A DNA stretch of 64,000 bases. It comes from Eledone cirrhosa. Lineage: Eukaryota. A program made the translations under genes and the position numbers. A model generated the notes under the pieces. It worked only from the letters and a program-made list of their open reading frames with translations, was not told the origin of the DNA and did not search any database. The DNA lies in contig OZ024754.1 in NCBI GenBank assembly GCA_964016885.1, positions 40,052,001 to 40,116,000 on the forward strand. The letters run 5' to 3'. Of this stretch, positions 12,271-26,137 are shown piece by piece (position 1 is the first letter of the stretch; every line of letters begins with the position of its first letter).

Positions 12271-13010
12271 ATATATATATATATATATATATATTTTTTT
12301 TAAAATATAAATTCAAATTTTATGTATACACACACACACATACATACATACACACACACATACACATACACACATACACACACACAACTGATAATGTTAA
12401 GGTGGCAAGTGGGAGATATGGTTTATTTTAAATGTAAATCTTGAGAAGAGAAAGGAACAAGCTTATGAATACTGTTGACAGAATAACTCTTTCATGATGA
12501 TGACCGAAATATATACATAGATATAAACTCCCATGACATGAATTGGGGCTATAGGTCATGGAAGGTCATTTTAATGTTTGTGTCTACACATCTGGAGGTA
12601 ACTTAATATATTACACAATAATTCTTAGAACTCATAAAAAATTTCATTTCAGAAAAGTTCAATAAATACACAAGCATTTTGTTATTGGCAGATACCAATA
12701 TATTGATTATCAACCACATAATACAGCTATTTCAATTGCTCAATAATTGCTTTATGATCATGTTTGTGATTGAATAATCCCCCTAAAAATTTAATTTGTA
12801 AACAAAGAAATTATAGTCAATATGTTAATATTCTTACAAAAAATTGTATAATTCTTTGTGATGAAGACAGTTTAAAGATGTATATAGTTTTCTAATGTAC
12901 AAGATGGTCTGAAAGTCTTGTCACCCATTGTCACAGAATGTTTTGACTTTCATTATTTTTTGTTTTAATAATATAATATATAATATCATTAATTGTAATA
13001 TATAATAATA

Positions 13011-13186
13011 ATTGTTTCTACTTTTGGCACAAGGCCAGCAATTACTCAGTGCATTACTGGTACTTTATTTTATCGGCCCTGTAAGGATGAAAGGCAAAGT
13101 TAACCTCAGCAGGATTTGAACTCAGAATGACAAGGGCCGTAACTCTATGCGTCCGACCCTCTACTGATACTGACAATCCACCGCCC
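13011..13186 (-). mobile_element. SINE, family 1
   Basis: Homology to 4981-5170. Confidence 0.9.
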
Positions 13187-13200
13187 TTATAATCATTTTT

Positions 13201-13589
13201 CATCATCATCATTTCATTTTACGTCCGCTTTTCCCTGCTTGCAAGGGTGGGACAAGAACTGATTCTGGCTTGATTTCTACAGCTGGATGCCCTTCCTAAC
13301 ACCAACCTCATTTACAGCGAGTGATGGGTGCTTTTTTTGCTGTGGCACCTCCACGACCACTTTGCAGTGTGGGCTGGGTGCTTTTTTTCCGTGGTACCTC
13401 CACGATCACTTTGCAGTAGAATGATAGGGACTCCAGTCCCTATCATCTCATTTCTACAGCTGAGTAAACTGGAGCAATGTGAAATAAAGTGTCTTGCTCA
13501 AGGAAACAACACATCACCCGGTCTGAGAATTGAATTGACCATCTTTCCATTGCAAGGCCAATGCTCAAACCACTAAGCCATGTGCCTCC
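13201..13589 (-). mobile_element. SINE, family 2
   Basis: Homology to 7887-8229. Confidence 0.9.
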
Positions 13590-13654
13590 ATATATATATA
13601 CACACACACACACACACGTATACACAAACACACACATATATATATATATATATA

Positions 13655-13855
13655 TAGGAACGAGTAGGACCCCAACGGCTGAGCTCAAGCCGTTTCGACG
13701 GCTAATTCTGGACTTCTGAGTCCAGAATTAGCCGTCGAAACGGCTTGAGCTCAGCCGTCGGGGTCCTACTTGTTCCTATTACCCACTCTACTACCCTAAG
13801 TATTGAGTACTTTGGTGCGTTATGGTCCACCTGGTTCCTTACCACATTTCCTTCG

Positions 13856-13858
<3 letters not shown>
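13655..13858 (+). mobile_element. Fold-back PLE-like mini-element, family B, in (TA)n
   Basis: About 60-bp arms around a tctg loop (13715-18); 3' half of an HHR: GAAA-cggct tgagctc agccGTC-ggggtcc; 80-bp unique tail. Confidence 0.8.
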
Positions 13859-13898
<40 letters not shown>

Positions 13899-14617
13899 CA
13901 AAAGGGCTTCCACACAGTTTCCAGCTTCCAAATAAAGGCATTGATAAATCCTCAATTATAGTAGAGGAGAATTGCCCAAGGTGCAATGCAGCAAGAGGGA
14001 CCAAATCCAAAATTCGTTAACTACACAACCATACCTGCCTGCACCTGTCTACTTATTTCATGGAAATATTTGTCTGCTTTAATATAGAAGCATTAGAGAA
14101 GCGTAGGCTTCCTCTCTAACAGTGTTACGTAAAAAAACAAATTGAATTATATAGAGTTATTATCGTCAGATTAACACACCCACTTAACCATCAGTCGGTA
14201 TGAGAGAGAGAGAGAGGGGGGAGAGAGAGAGAGGGAAGAGAGAGAGAGGGGGAAGAGAGAGAGAGGGGGAAGAGAGAGAGAGGGGGAAGAGAGAGAGAGA
14301 GACAAGGGAAATTGTTAAATTTAAACCAATACTTCCTCTCAGTGCTACAGAGAAACTGGAAGAATGCCTGTAGCATATCTCAAGAAAAAACAAACTATTT
14401 CTTGTAGACAGGTAGGCAGGTAGTTAAGACATTTTTATATATTTTCATGTCTTCAACTAAAATATTTACACATTGTTTTTAGTTCTATTTTCTTTTTATT
14501 GCTGCTTCTCCAGGTCAGCAACCAATCAAGTAAACATATAATCCAAGACACTCCAGCTGTGCCCATCCTGTCATATCTGGGACCACATTATCTAATATGT
14601 TGTCCCTTCGTTTTTAA

Positions 14618-15012
14618 CCCTTTAGCATTTGAACAGGCCATACCCAGCCAGAATTCTCTCACCCCTTTCCGTTCAAACCGGCTGTAACCGGTTGCTCATA
14701 CTGATGTTAAGGTATTGTAGTCAAAATAAATAACATCAAAATCTCATAGATTCGATACTATGTGAGTTAAAGCTTTTACCGTGAAAATATAATAATAAAT
14801 ATAATAGTAAATATAGAGTAATCATCATCATCATCATCATTTTACGTCAGCTCCGCTCCTCCCTGCTTGCAAGGGTGGGACGGGTCCTATTCAGCACAGC
14901 ATCTCTCCACTTGTCACGGTCACGGTCCTTCGTCATCTCCTCCGTGAGCTTCAGCGATCTGAGGTCTGCTCTCACCACCTCCGCCCATGTTTTTCATGTA
15001 AATGCTAAAGGG
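14618..15012. mobile_element. piggyBac-like MITE with a nested RTE 3' end (14821-14995)
   Basis: Terminal inverted repeats (TIRs) ccctttagcattt / aaatgctaaaggg, with TTAA on both sides. Confidence 0.85.
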
Positions 15013-15429
15013 TTAAGATAGGAGTTGGTTAGAGAAAAGATCTGGCTGCGTTTTCGCTTCAGCTAGTACAGACCAACCTCCAGATCATGTCAATGGCCGT
15101 TGCCAGTGTACCTTGCCATAACAGGTGTAGGTGTAGACAGGAGTGCTATTGTGGTTAGAGTTTGTGTTACTGTTGGATAAAAATACCTGGCAACTGACAT
15201 TACATTGGGAGTTAAGAACACTAATAATAGCAACTACCTCTATGTGGTTATTCACCTCGCTAGAAACAGCAGCCATATTTCCTTCAAATTATTCTCTTCC
15301 GTCTTAGATAAAGAAATATTGACTAATGTAGTCCTGGGATCCCTACACGGGAGAAAATGGGATGGTCACGACCGGATTGTGTTTGCCGAGAGGTCTGTCG
15401 GGTCAGAACTGATGCAGGGTTCAACAACA

Positions 15430-15653
15430 ACACAACTCACACACTACACACACACTACACACACCACACTACACACACCACACTACTCACCACACTACAC
15501 ACACCACACTACTCACCACACTACACACACCACACTACTCACACTACACACCACACACACACACTACACAGCACACACACACACTACACACACCACACTA
15601 CACACACCACACTACACACACACTACACACACCACACTACACACACCACACTA

Positions 15654-15697
<44 letters not shown>

Positions 15698-15926
15698 CAC
15701 AGCACACACACTCACTACACACACACACTATACAGCCACTACACACCACTACACACACCACACTACACTACACACCCACTACACACCACACCACACACTA
15801 CACACCACACCACACCACACCACACCACACACACTACATCCTCTGATATGTTATGAAAATATCCAGTGTTATTTAGATAACAATGAAACCGATAGCTTGA
15901 TATTAATGATCACACACACACACACA

Positions 15927-15963
<37 letters not shown>

Positions 15964-17080
15964 ATACATGCACACACACACACACACACACACACAGACA
16001 TACATGCACACACACACATACACATACACACATACACACACACTATTCACTTACATAGACACATATTTATATTCCTGTACACATAAAAACACATGTACCA
16101 ATATATAGATATATACTGGTTGGCAACACTAGCACCTACACCACTCCACACCTACACCTCACCAACACCACTACCACACCAACACCTCTACCACACTTAC
16201 ACCAACACCACTACCACACCAACACCACTACCACACCTACACCAACACCTCTACCACACCAACACCACTACCACACCAACACCACTACCACACCACTACC
16301 ACACCAACACCACTACCAACACCTCTACGACACCAACACCACTACGACACCAACACCACTACCACACCAACACCTCTACCACACCAACACCTCTACCACA
16401 CCAACACCACTACCAACACCTCTACGACACCAACACCACTACGACACCAACACCACTACGACACCAACACCACTACCACACCAACACCTCTACCACACCA
16501 ACACCACTACCACACCTACACCAACACCTCTACCACACCAACACCACTACCACACCAACACCACTACCACACCACTACCACACCAACACCACTACCAACA
16601 CCTCTACGACACCAACACCACTACGACACCAACACCACTACCACACCAACACCTCTACCACACCAACACCTCTACCACACCAACACCACTACCACACCAA
16701 CACCACTACCACACCAACACCTCACCAACACCACTACCACACCAACTCCACACCAACACCACTACCTCCTCCACACCAACACCACTACCACACCAACACC
16801 ACTACCACACCAACACCACTACCACACCAACACCACTACCACACCAACACCTCACCAACACCACTACCACACCAACTCCACACCAACACCACTACCTCCT
16901 CCACACCAACACCACTACCACACCAACACCACTACCACACCAACACCACCACTACCACAACCACACCACTACCACCACAACCACACCGACTACCACACCA
17001 CTACCATCAGAAGCAGTATCATCATCATCACTTAGAACACCATCACTACTACTACTACTACTACTACCACTACCACCGCC
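15430..17080. repeat. CA- and ACC-rich compound microsatellites
   Basis: Direct inspection. Confidence 0.95.
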
Positions 17081-17204
17081 ACAACTAGATATAAGAACAT
17101 GGACTGCACCAACACTGCCATCATCATCATCACTACAGTTAGAAGTAACATCACTATTGAATTCCATGTCTAACACACGTGGCATTCCTACAAAGTCAGA
17201 AAAC

Positions 17205-17406
17205 GGGGCGCTGGATTGGCAGAATCGGTGGAGGGTCGGACGACGCCATGCTTTGCAGCAGAGTTACGTCCCTTTACGGACCGAGTTCAAATCCCGCCAA
17301 AGTTAACTTTTCCTTTCATCCTTACGGGGGGGGGGGGGGTCGATGAAATAAAGTACCAGTAATGCACTGGAGTAATTGCTGGCCTTGTGCCAAATGTAGA
17401 AACAAT
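17205..17406 (+). mobile_element. SINE, family 1
   Basis: A box tggcagaatcgg, B box gagttcaaatcc. Confidence 0.9.
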
Positions 17407-17641
17407 AAACAACATCACCCCACTTGCTAGAAACAGAAGCTAAGTCTCTCTCAAACCAATCTCTCTATTCTAAATAGCACATATGTAGTTCTACATACTC
17501 CTTACAAGACAGCATTGCCATTGCTGGAACACTAACATTGCTTTCAACCCATTCATTAGCATATTCTTAATGAAAGACACTGCCTAAGATCTTCATAAGG
17601 TCTTAAAATAATCAAGAATCTTGAATGATTTAGTTAACTTA

Positions 17642-18622
17642 CCCTTTAGCATTTACATTACTCTATTGTATTTTCATGGTAAAGGCATAATATCGAATCT
17701 ATGAGATTTTGATGCTCTTTATTTTGAGAACAATACCTTAACACCAGTATGAGAAGCTCAATTACAGCCAGTTTGAACAGAAAGAGGTGAGAGAGTTCTG
17801 GCCGGATACAGCCGGTTTGAACAGAAAGAGGTGAGAGAATTCTGGCCGGATACGGCCGGTTTGAACAGAAAGAGGTGAGAGAGTTCTGGCCGGATACAGC
17901 CGGTTTGAACAGAAGAGGTGAGAGAGTTCTGGCCGGATATGACCGGTTTGAACAGAAAGAGGTGAGAGAGTTCTGGCCGGTTACGGCCGGTTTGAACAGA
18001 AAGAGGTGAGAGAGTCTGGCCGGATACAGCCGGTTTGAACAGAAAGAGGTGAGAGAATTCTGGCCGGATACAGCCGGTTTGAACAGAAAGAGGTGAGAGA
18101 GTTCTGGCCGGATACAGCCGGTTTGAACAGAAAGAGGTGAGAGAGTTCTGGCCGGATACAGCCGGTTTGAACAGAAAGAGGTGAGAGAATTCTGGCCGGA
18201 TACAGCCGGTTTGAACAGAAAGAGGTGAGAGAGTTCTGGCCGGATACAGCCGTTTGAACAGAAAGAGGTGAGAGAGTTCTGGCCGGATACAGCCGGTTTG
18301 AACAGAAAGAGGTGAGAGAGTTCTGGCCGGTTACGGCCGGTTTGAACAGAAAGAGGTGAGAGAGTTCTGGCCGGATACAGCCGGTTTGAACAGAAAGAGG
18401 TGAGAGAATTCTGGCCGGATACAGCCGGTTTGAACAGAAAGAGGTGAGAGAGTTCTGGCCGGATACAGCCGGTTTTGAACAGAAAGAGGTGAGAGAGTTC
18501 TGGCCGGATACAGCCGGTTTTGAACAGAAAGAGGTGAGAGAGTTCTGGCCGGATACAGCCGGTTTGAACAGAAAGAGGTGAGAGAGTTCTGGCCGGATAT
18601 GACCGGTTTAAATGCTAAAGAG
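17642..18622. mobile_element. TTAA MITE with an internal 44-bp array (about 19 copies)
   Basis: TIRs intact; unit ccggtttgaacagaaagaggtgagagagttctggccggatacag. Confidence 0.9.
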
Positions 18623-19232
18623 TTAAGCTGATGTTTGGAATATAATTTTTCAAAGGTTCTTATGATGGAAGATTTTTAGAATAAATATAAACATTTGAAA
18701 ATACACAATTGTGCAGTGTTGAACTAGAACAGTTTCAGACAGCTTGGTGTATATAAAAAGAACACTTGATGAGGAATTAAATGTGTTGACTGCCAATTAT
18801 GGACACAAGTAAACTCAATGATGATTATGATGCTGATAATGACAGCCTTTACAAATAAAACAACTGATGAGATGATAAAAGGTCTTTAAGGTTGGGAATA
18901 TTATACAAGATATACTCATGTTCCCTCCCTAAAGCTTTCTTTGGTCTTTTGTTCCTAGCATCCACACAAGTGGGAGTGTTTGTGAGAGTGTGCGAGTGTG
19001 AGAGTGTGCGAGTGTCTGTGTGTCTGTGAGTGAGGGAGTGTGTGCGTGCGTGCGAGTGTGTGTGTGCATGTGTGCATGTGCACGTGTGCATGTGCACGTG
19101 TGCATGTGCCACGTGTGCATGTGTGTGCGTGCATGTGTATGTGTGTATGTGTTGTTCTCTCTATCTGTACACCCTTTGTTGAAGTTGTGGTGAATTAGAT
19201 GTTTACACCAAGACAAAACTTACTGGGTAACA

Positions 19233-19237
<5 letters not shown>

Positions 19238-19331
<94 letters not shown>

Positions 19332-19397
19332 CAGAGAGAGGGAGACAGAGAGAGGGAGACAGAGAGAGGGAGACAGAGAGAGGGAGACAGAGAGAGA

Positions 19398-19431
<34 letters not shown>

Positions 19432-19775
19432 CAGAGAGAGAGAGAGGGAGACAGAGAGAGAGGGAGAGGGAGACAGGGGGATAGGGAGACAGAGAGAGAG
19501 GGAGAGGGAGACAGGGGGAGAGGGAGAGGGAGACAGGGGGAGAGGGAGACAGAGGGAGAGGGAGACAGAGGGAGAGGGAGACAGGGGGAGAGGGAGACAG
19601 AGAGAGAGGGAGATGGAGACAGAGAGAGAGGAGAGGGAGACAGAGAGAGAGGGAGAGGGAGACAGAGAGAGAGGGAGAGGGAGACAGAGAGAGAGGGGGA
19701 GGGAGACAGAGAGAGAGGGAGAGGGAGGACAGAGAGAGAGAGGGAGACAGAGAGAGAGGGAGACAGAGAGAGAGA
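19238..19775. repeat. GA-rich microsatellite
   Basis: Direct inspection. Confidence 0.95.
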
Positions 19776-20067
19776 GGGGTTAATGAATCTGTTGCTCTCT
19801 TGTGGTCCAGTTGTGTCAGTTACAATATACAATCTAGATCAGTGTTGTTTTAACCTTACTTATATTACTCGTCTTTACCAGTTTACCACCCTACCTCCAT
19901 AACAAAATAAAATCTGTCTCAGTTTTAGAATTAGTTCAGTGTATTCCTGTAAGTGAATAATACTAAAAAGTTGGTGTTAAGAAGGGCACTAACCTCTAAA
20001 TATCCGCCTGAAAAAGGTGGAATCTTGAACAGTACATAAATAACTGCCTGAAGCAGAATGGCCCTAA

Positions 20068-20532
20068 CCCTTCAGCATTTACATTACTTTATATTTACTA
20101 TTGTATTTTTGTGGTAAAGGCTTTATCTCGCATAATATCTCACACACAATATCCTCACACACAATATCCTCACACACAATATCCTCACACACAATATCCT
20201 CACACACAATATCCTCACACACAATATCCTCACACACAATATCCTCACACACAATATCTCACACACAATATCTCACACACAGTATCTCACACACAGTATC
20301 TCACACACAGTATCTCACACACAGTATCTCACACACAGTATCTCACACACAGTATCTCTCACACAATATCTCACACAATATCTCACACAATATCTCAGAT
20401 AATATCAAATCTACGAGATTTTGATGTTATTTATTTTGAGAACAATACCTTAATATCAGTATGAGCGGCCAGTTACAGCCGGTTTGAACAGAAAGAGGTG
20501 AGAGAATTCTGGCCGGTTTAAATGCTAAAGGG
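20068..20532. mobile_element. TTAA MITE with an internal 14-15-bp array (20135-20397)
   Basis: TIRs cccttcagcattta / taaatgctaaaggg; (acaatatcctcacac)n. Confidence 0.9.
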
Positions 20533-20574
20533 TTAAAATATTGGAACCTGAACAAATCATTCATTATTATTTGG

Positions 20575-20772
20575 ACGGCGAATTGGCAGTATCACTAGAG
20601 GGTCAGACACCATGCTTTACAGCATAGAGTAACGGCCCTTTACTGTCTGAGTTCAAATCCCGCCAAGGTTAACTTTGCCTTTCATCCTTATGGGGGGGGG
20701 GGGGCCGATAAAATAAAGTACCAGTAATGCACTGGGGTAATTGCAGGCCTTGCGCCAAATATAGAAACAATT
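20575..20772 (+). mobile_element. SINE, family 1
   Basis: Homology to other family 1 copies; B box present. Confidence 0.9.
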
Positions 20773-21290
20773 ATTTGATTTTGATTTTTGAGTATTCAGA
20801 AAGGTTTTGGGTATTTTAAAACTAATCAATATAACTGAGGGGACATCATCATAAAGGGTTAAAAGGTTTGTTATTGTTGTATATGATAAAGACAAAAGAT
20901 CTGCTGAGGGTGAAGATAAACCAGAGTTTATATATATATAAGACAAAGCAACAAGTGGGAGGGAGCGACAAACTCTACACCCCAGTCTGAGCAGTATAAT
21001 TCAGCTGCTCCCTGCAGATAAAAAGGGGCAAAGACATTGCCATGGAGAATGGCGAACAACACCTGCTGCAACAGTCATGCAACCTTGACGGAGCTCGTTC
21101 CTCAGGTGAGCTGCTATGTTTCCAAATTTATGGAGAAAACCAGCAGTTTAGGACTGAGGACACCTAAGATCTCAAAAGCAACTGTTCCCGCTCTTCTTCC
21201 ATTGCAGGCAGCAGTGCTGGGGAGGTTATTTTACACCAAACTGTCAGATATTTCTAGAACAAGACATGACTAAACAACCCTTCCATAATA

Positions 21291-22134
21291 ACCACCACCA
21301 CCACCACTACTACTGTCACCACCACCACTACCACTACTACTACCACTACCACTACTACTGTCACCACCACCACTACCACCACTTCCACCAGCACCACCAC
21401 CACCGCCACTACTACCACTGTCACCACCACCACTACCACTACTACTACCACTACCACTACTACTGTCACCACCACCACTACCACCACTTCCACCAGCACC
21501 ACCACCACCGCCACTACTACTACTGTCACCACCACCACTACCACTACCACTACCACTGTCACCACCACCACTACCACTACTACTACCACTACCACTACTA
21601 CTGTCACCACCACCACTACCACCACTTCCACCAGCACCACCACTACCGCCACTACTACTACTGTCACCACCACCACTACTACTATTTCCACCAGCACCAC
21701 CACCACCACTACCACCACTACTACTGTCACCACCACCACTACCACCACCACCACTACTGCCACTACTACTACTGTCACCACCACCACTACTACTATTTCC
21801 ACCAGCACCACCACCACCACTACCACCACTACTATTTCCACCAGCACCACCACCACCACTACCACCACTACTACTGTCACCACCACCACTACCACCACTA
21901 CTACTGTCACCACCACCACTACCACCACTTCCACCACCACCACCACTACCACCACTACTACTACTGTCACCACCACCACTACTACTACTACTGTCACCAC
22001 CACCACTAGTCACCACCACCACCACCACCAGTCACCACCACCACCACCACTACTGTCACTTCCACCACTACCACTACTGCTGCTGCAAGAACCAGCCATC
22101 CATACATCTATTAATTATACAAACCACTTCCACA

Positions 22135-22174
<40 letters not shown>

Positions 22175-22956
22175 TCACTACTACTATCACTACTACTATC
22201 ACTACTACTACTACTATTACTACTACTACTACTATCACTACTACTATCACTACTACTACTACCAATAATGGACATTAGTACATATTACCTTCACTACAAC
22301 TCCCCTCACCCCTCACACCAAACCCAATTACCACCACTAACCACAGCTATCACAACACCACCACCACAATAACCAACACACCACCACCACAATAACCAAC
22401 ACACCACCACCACAATAACCAACACACCACCACCACTGTAAAAGCCAGCCAGCCATGACCACAGCTATCACACCACGCCCCCACCGTTACCAGAGTAACC
22501 ATAAATAGTCACATCAACACATCACCACCATTCACACCACCACACTACACCACACCACATCACCACTCCACACCACTAGACCACATCACCACTCCACACA
22601 TACACACACACCTTCATACACACCCAGACCTTCACACACACAGACATTCACACACAGACCTTCACACACAGACATTCACACACAGACACACAGACATTCA
22701 CACACACACAGACCTTCACACACAGACACACAGACCTTCACACACACACAGACCTTCACACACAGACACACAGACCTTCACACACACACAGACCTTCACA
22801 CACACAGACCTTCACACACACACAGACCTTCACACACACAGAGACCTTCACACACACAGAGACCTTCACACACACAGACCTTCACACACACACACAGACC
22901 TTCACACACAGACACACAGACCTTCACACACAGACACACAGACCTTCACAGACCTT

Positions 22957-22987
<31 letters not shown>

Positions 22988-23320
22988 CTTCACACACAGA
23001 CACACAGACCTTCACACACAGACACACAGACATTCACAGAGACAGACCTTCACACACAGACAGACCTTCACACACAGACACACAGACCTTCACACAGACA
23101 CACAGACCTTCACACAGACACACAGACCTTCACACAGACACACAGACCTTCATACAGACACACAGACCTTCACACACAGACCTTCACACACAGACACACA
23201 GACCTTCACACAGACACACAGACATTCACACACAGACACACAGACCTTCACACACAGACACACAGACCTTCACACACAGACACACAGACCTTCACACAGA
23301 CACACAGACCTTCACAGACC

Positions 23321-23355
<35 letters not shown>

Positions 23356-24046
23356 CTTCACACACAGACCTTCACACACAGACACACAGACCTTCACACA
23401 CACACACACACACACAGACCTTCACACACACACACACACACAGACCTTCACACACACACACACACACACAGACCTTCACACACACACACAGACCTTCACA
23501 CACACACACAGACCTTCACACACAGACACACAGACCTTCACACACAGACACACAGACCTTCACACAGACACACAGACCTTCACACACACACACACACACA
23601 CAGACCTTCACACAGACACACAGACCTTCACACACAGACACACAGACCTTCACACACAGACACACAGACCTTCACACACAGACACACAGACCTTCACACA
23701 CAGACACACAGACCTTCACACACACACACACACACAAACCTTCACACACACACACACACAGACCTTCACACACAGACACACAGACCTTCACACACACACA
23801 GACCTTCACACACACACACAGACCTTCACACACACAGACCTTCACACACACACACAGACCTTCACACACACACACACAGACCTTCACACACACATGTAGA
23901 GACACACACACACAGAGACAGACCTTCACACACAGACACACATATAGAGACACACACAGACACATACACACAGACACACATATAGAGACACACACAGACA
24001 CATACACACACAGACACTCATATAGAGACACACACAGACACACACC

Positions 24047-24083
<37 letters not shown>

Positions 24084-24473
24084 CTTCACACACAGACCTT
24101 CACACACACATGTAGAGACACACACACACAGAGAGACAGACCTTCACACACAGACACTCATATAGAGACACACACAGACACACCTTCACACACACAGGGA
24201 CAATATCGAAATCAATTATTTGCTGCAATACAGACAAGACAAAACATGTTACATTAATAAATTAGTTTACTTTAGAGAAGACACAACATGTTATAAAGGC
24301 TGTTTGTTTGAAATAGCTCTCTCTCTCTCTCCTCCATCTCTCATCTCTATCTCTCTCTCTCTCTCCTCCACCTCTCATCTCTATCTCTCTCTCTCTCTCC
24401 TCCACCTCTCATCTCTATCTCTCCCTCTCTCTCCTCCACCTCTCATCTCTATCTCTCTCTCTCTCTCTCCTCC

Positions 24474-24506
<33 letters not shown>

Positions 24507-25170
24507 CTCCATCTCTATCTCTCTCTCCTCCATCTCTCCCTCATCCATCTCTCATCTCTATCTCTCTCCCTCTCTCTCCTCCATCTCTCATCTCTATCTC
24601 TCTCTCTCTCTCTCCTCCACCTCTCATCTCTATCTCTCTCTCCTCCACCTCTCATCTCTATCTCTCTCTCCTCCACCTCTCATCTCTATCTCTCTCTCCT
24701 CCACCTCTCATCTCTATCTCTCCCTCTCTCTCCTCCACCTCTCATCTCTATCTCTCTCTCTCTCTCCTCCATCTCTCATCTCTATCTCTCTCCCTCCTCC
24801 ATCTCTCATCTCTATCTCTCTCTCTCTCTCCTCCACCTCTCATCTCTATCTCTCCTCCACCTCTCATCTCTATCTCTCCCTCCCTCCACCTCTCATCTCT
24901 ATCTCTCCTCCACCTCTCATCTCTATCTCTCCCTCTCTCTTTAATCCTTCCCTCTATCTCTCATCCCTACCTCTCTCCCACATCTCTTTCTCATCTCTCT
25001 CCCTCTCTCACCTCCATCTCTCCCTCATCCATCTCTCATCTCTATCTCTCCCTCTCTCTTTAATCCTTCCCTCTATCTCTCATCCCTACCTCTCTCCCAC
25101 ATCTCTTTCTCATCTCTCTCCCTCTCTCACCTCCATCTCTCCCTCATCTATCTCTCCCTCTCTCTCCTCT
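21291..25170. repeat. Block of CAC/TAC, (cagaccttcacaca)n and CT-rich simple repeats
   Basis: Direct inspection. Confidence 0.95.
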
Positions 25171-25313
25171 CATATTCTCAATTTTAACACCAACAATAGC
25201 AATTCCTTATATGGAAGTGGGTGAACAAGGGGAGATAAACATTAACAATCTATACATACACATACATACATATATATGCGCATGTGAGTGTCATATATAT
25301 ATAGATATATATA

Positions 25314-25347
<34 letters not shown>

Positions 25348-25423
25348 TCTTCCAGTGGTCATGTGAGTACACAAGTGGAACACCAGAGGAACAAGACTCA
25401 TCACTTAGCAACATAAAGAATCA

Positions 25424-25472
<49 letters not shown>

Positions 25473-25500
25473 AGATCAAAAGATGGTTAAAGGAGTTCCA

Positions 25501-25573
25501 TATATTTTATTATGCGCATTTCAAAAACAAATATCATCATGCAATAACATTTGTGTTTTCATCAGATAAAATA
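25501..25573 (-). ncRNA. Type I hammerhead ribozyme (inverted arm)
   Basis: atattttat CTGATGA ... GAAA tgcgcATA ataaaatat. Confidence 0.8.
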
Positions 25574-25690
25574 TGAGGACATGATATGAAGGTTAAAAAC
25601 ACTTGTGGATAGTGCAGTTTTAAATCAACATATGTTGATTTAAAACTGCACTATCCACAAGTGTTTTTTAGCCTTCATATCATGTTCTCC

Positions 25691-25761
25691 TGTTTTATCT
25701 GATGAAAACACAAATATTATTGCTTGATGATGTTTGTTTTTGAAATGCGCATAATAAAATA
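25691..25761 (+). ncRNA. Type I hammerhead ribozyme
   Basis: Stem I ttttat/ataaaa, CTGATGA 25699-705, long stem II, GAAA 25742-45, palindromic stem III atgcgcat, AUA cleavage after 25753. Confidence 0.8.
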
Positions 25762-25900
25762 TATGGAACTCCTTTAACCATCTTTTGATCTTATATTATG
25801 CATACTCCAGTCCCACAAACTGTAGAGTGCTTCTTATCCGATATCTGCATTGCTTTATTGTACTACAATAAAACTCACCTCCTATATATATATATATATA

Positions 25901-26092
25901 TAGGAACGAGTAGGACCCCGACGGCTGAGCTCAAGCCGTTTCGACGGCTAATTCTGGACTAATTAGCCGTCGAAACGGCTTGAGCTCAGCCGTTGGGGTC
26001 CTACTCGTTCCTATTACCCACTCTACTACCCTAAGTATTGAGTACTTTGGTGCGTTATGGTCCACCTGGTTCCTTACCACATTTCCTTCATT
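25901..26092 (+). mobile_element. Family B fold-back element
   Basis: Near-identical to 13655-13858; (TA)n flanks. Confidence 0.8.
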
Positions 26093-26106
26093 ATATATAT
26101 ATATAT

Positions 26107-26137
<31 letters not shown>

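Larger units (their letters stand above)
25465..25882. mobile_element. Fold-back PLE-like mini-element, family C, in (TA)n
   Basis: About 167-bp arms with no spacer (centre 25631/2), an HHR on each arm and an 83-bp unique tail. Confidence 0.85.

Noticed and set aside
21018-21105. Possible plus-strand exon (cag| ... |gtgagc)
   Set aside because: It is isolated, the peptide is unrecognisable and no partner exons were found.
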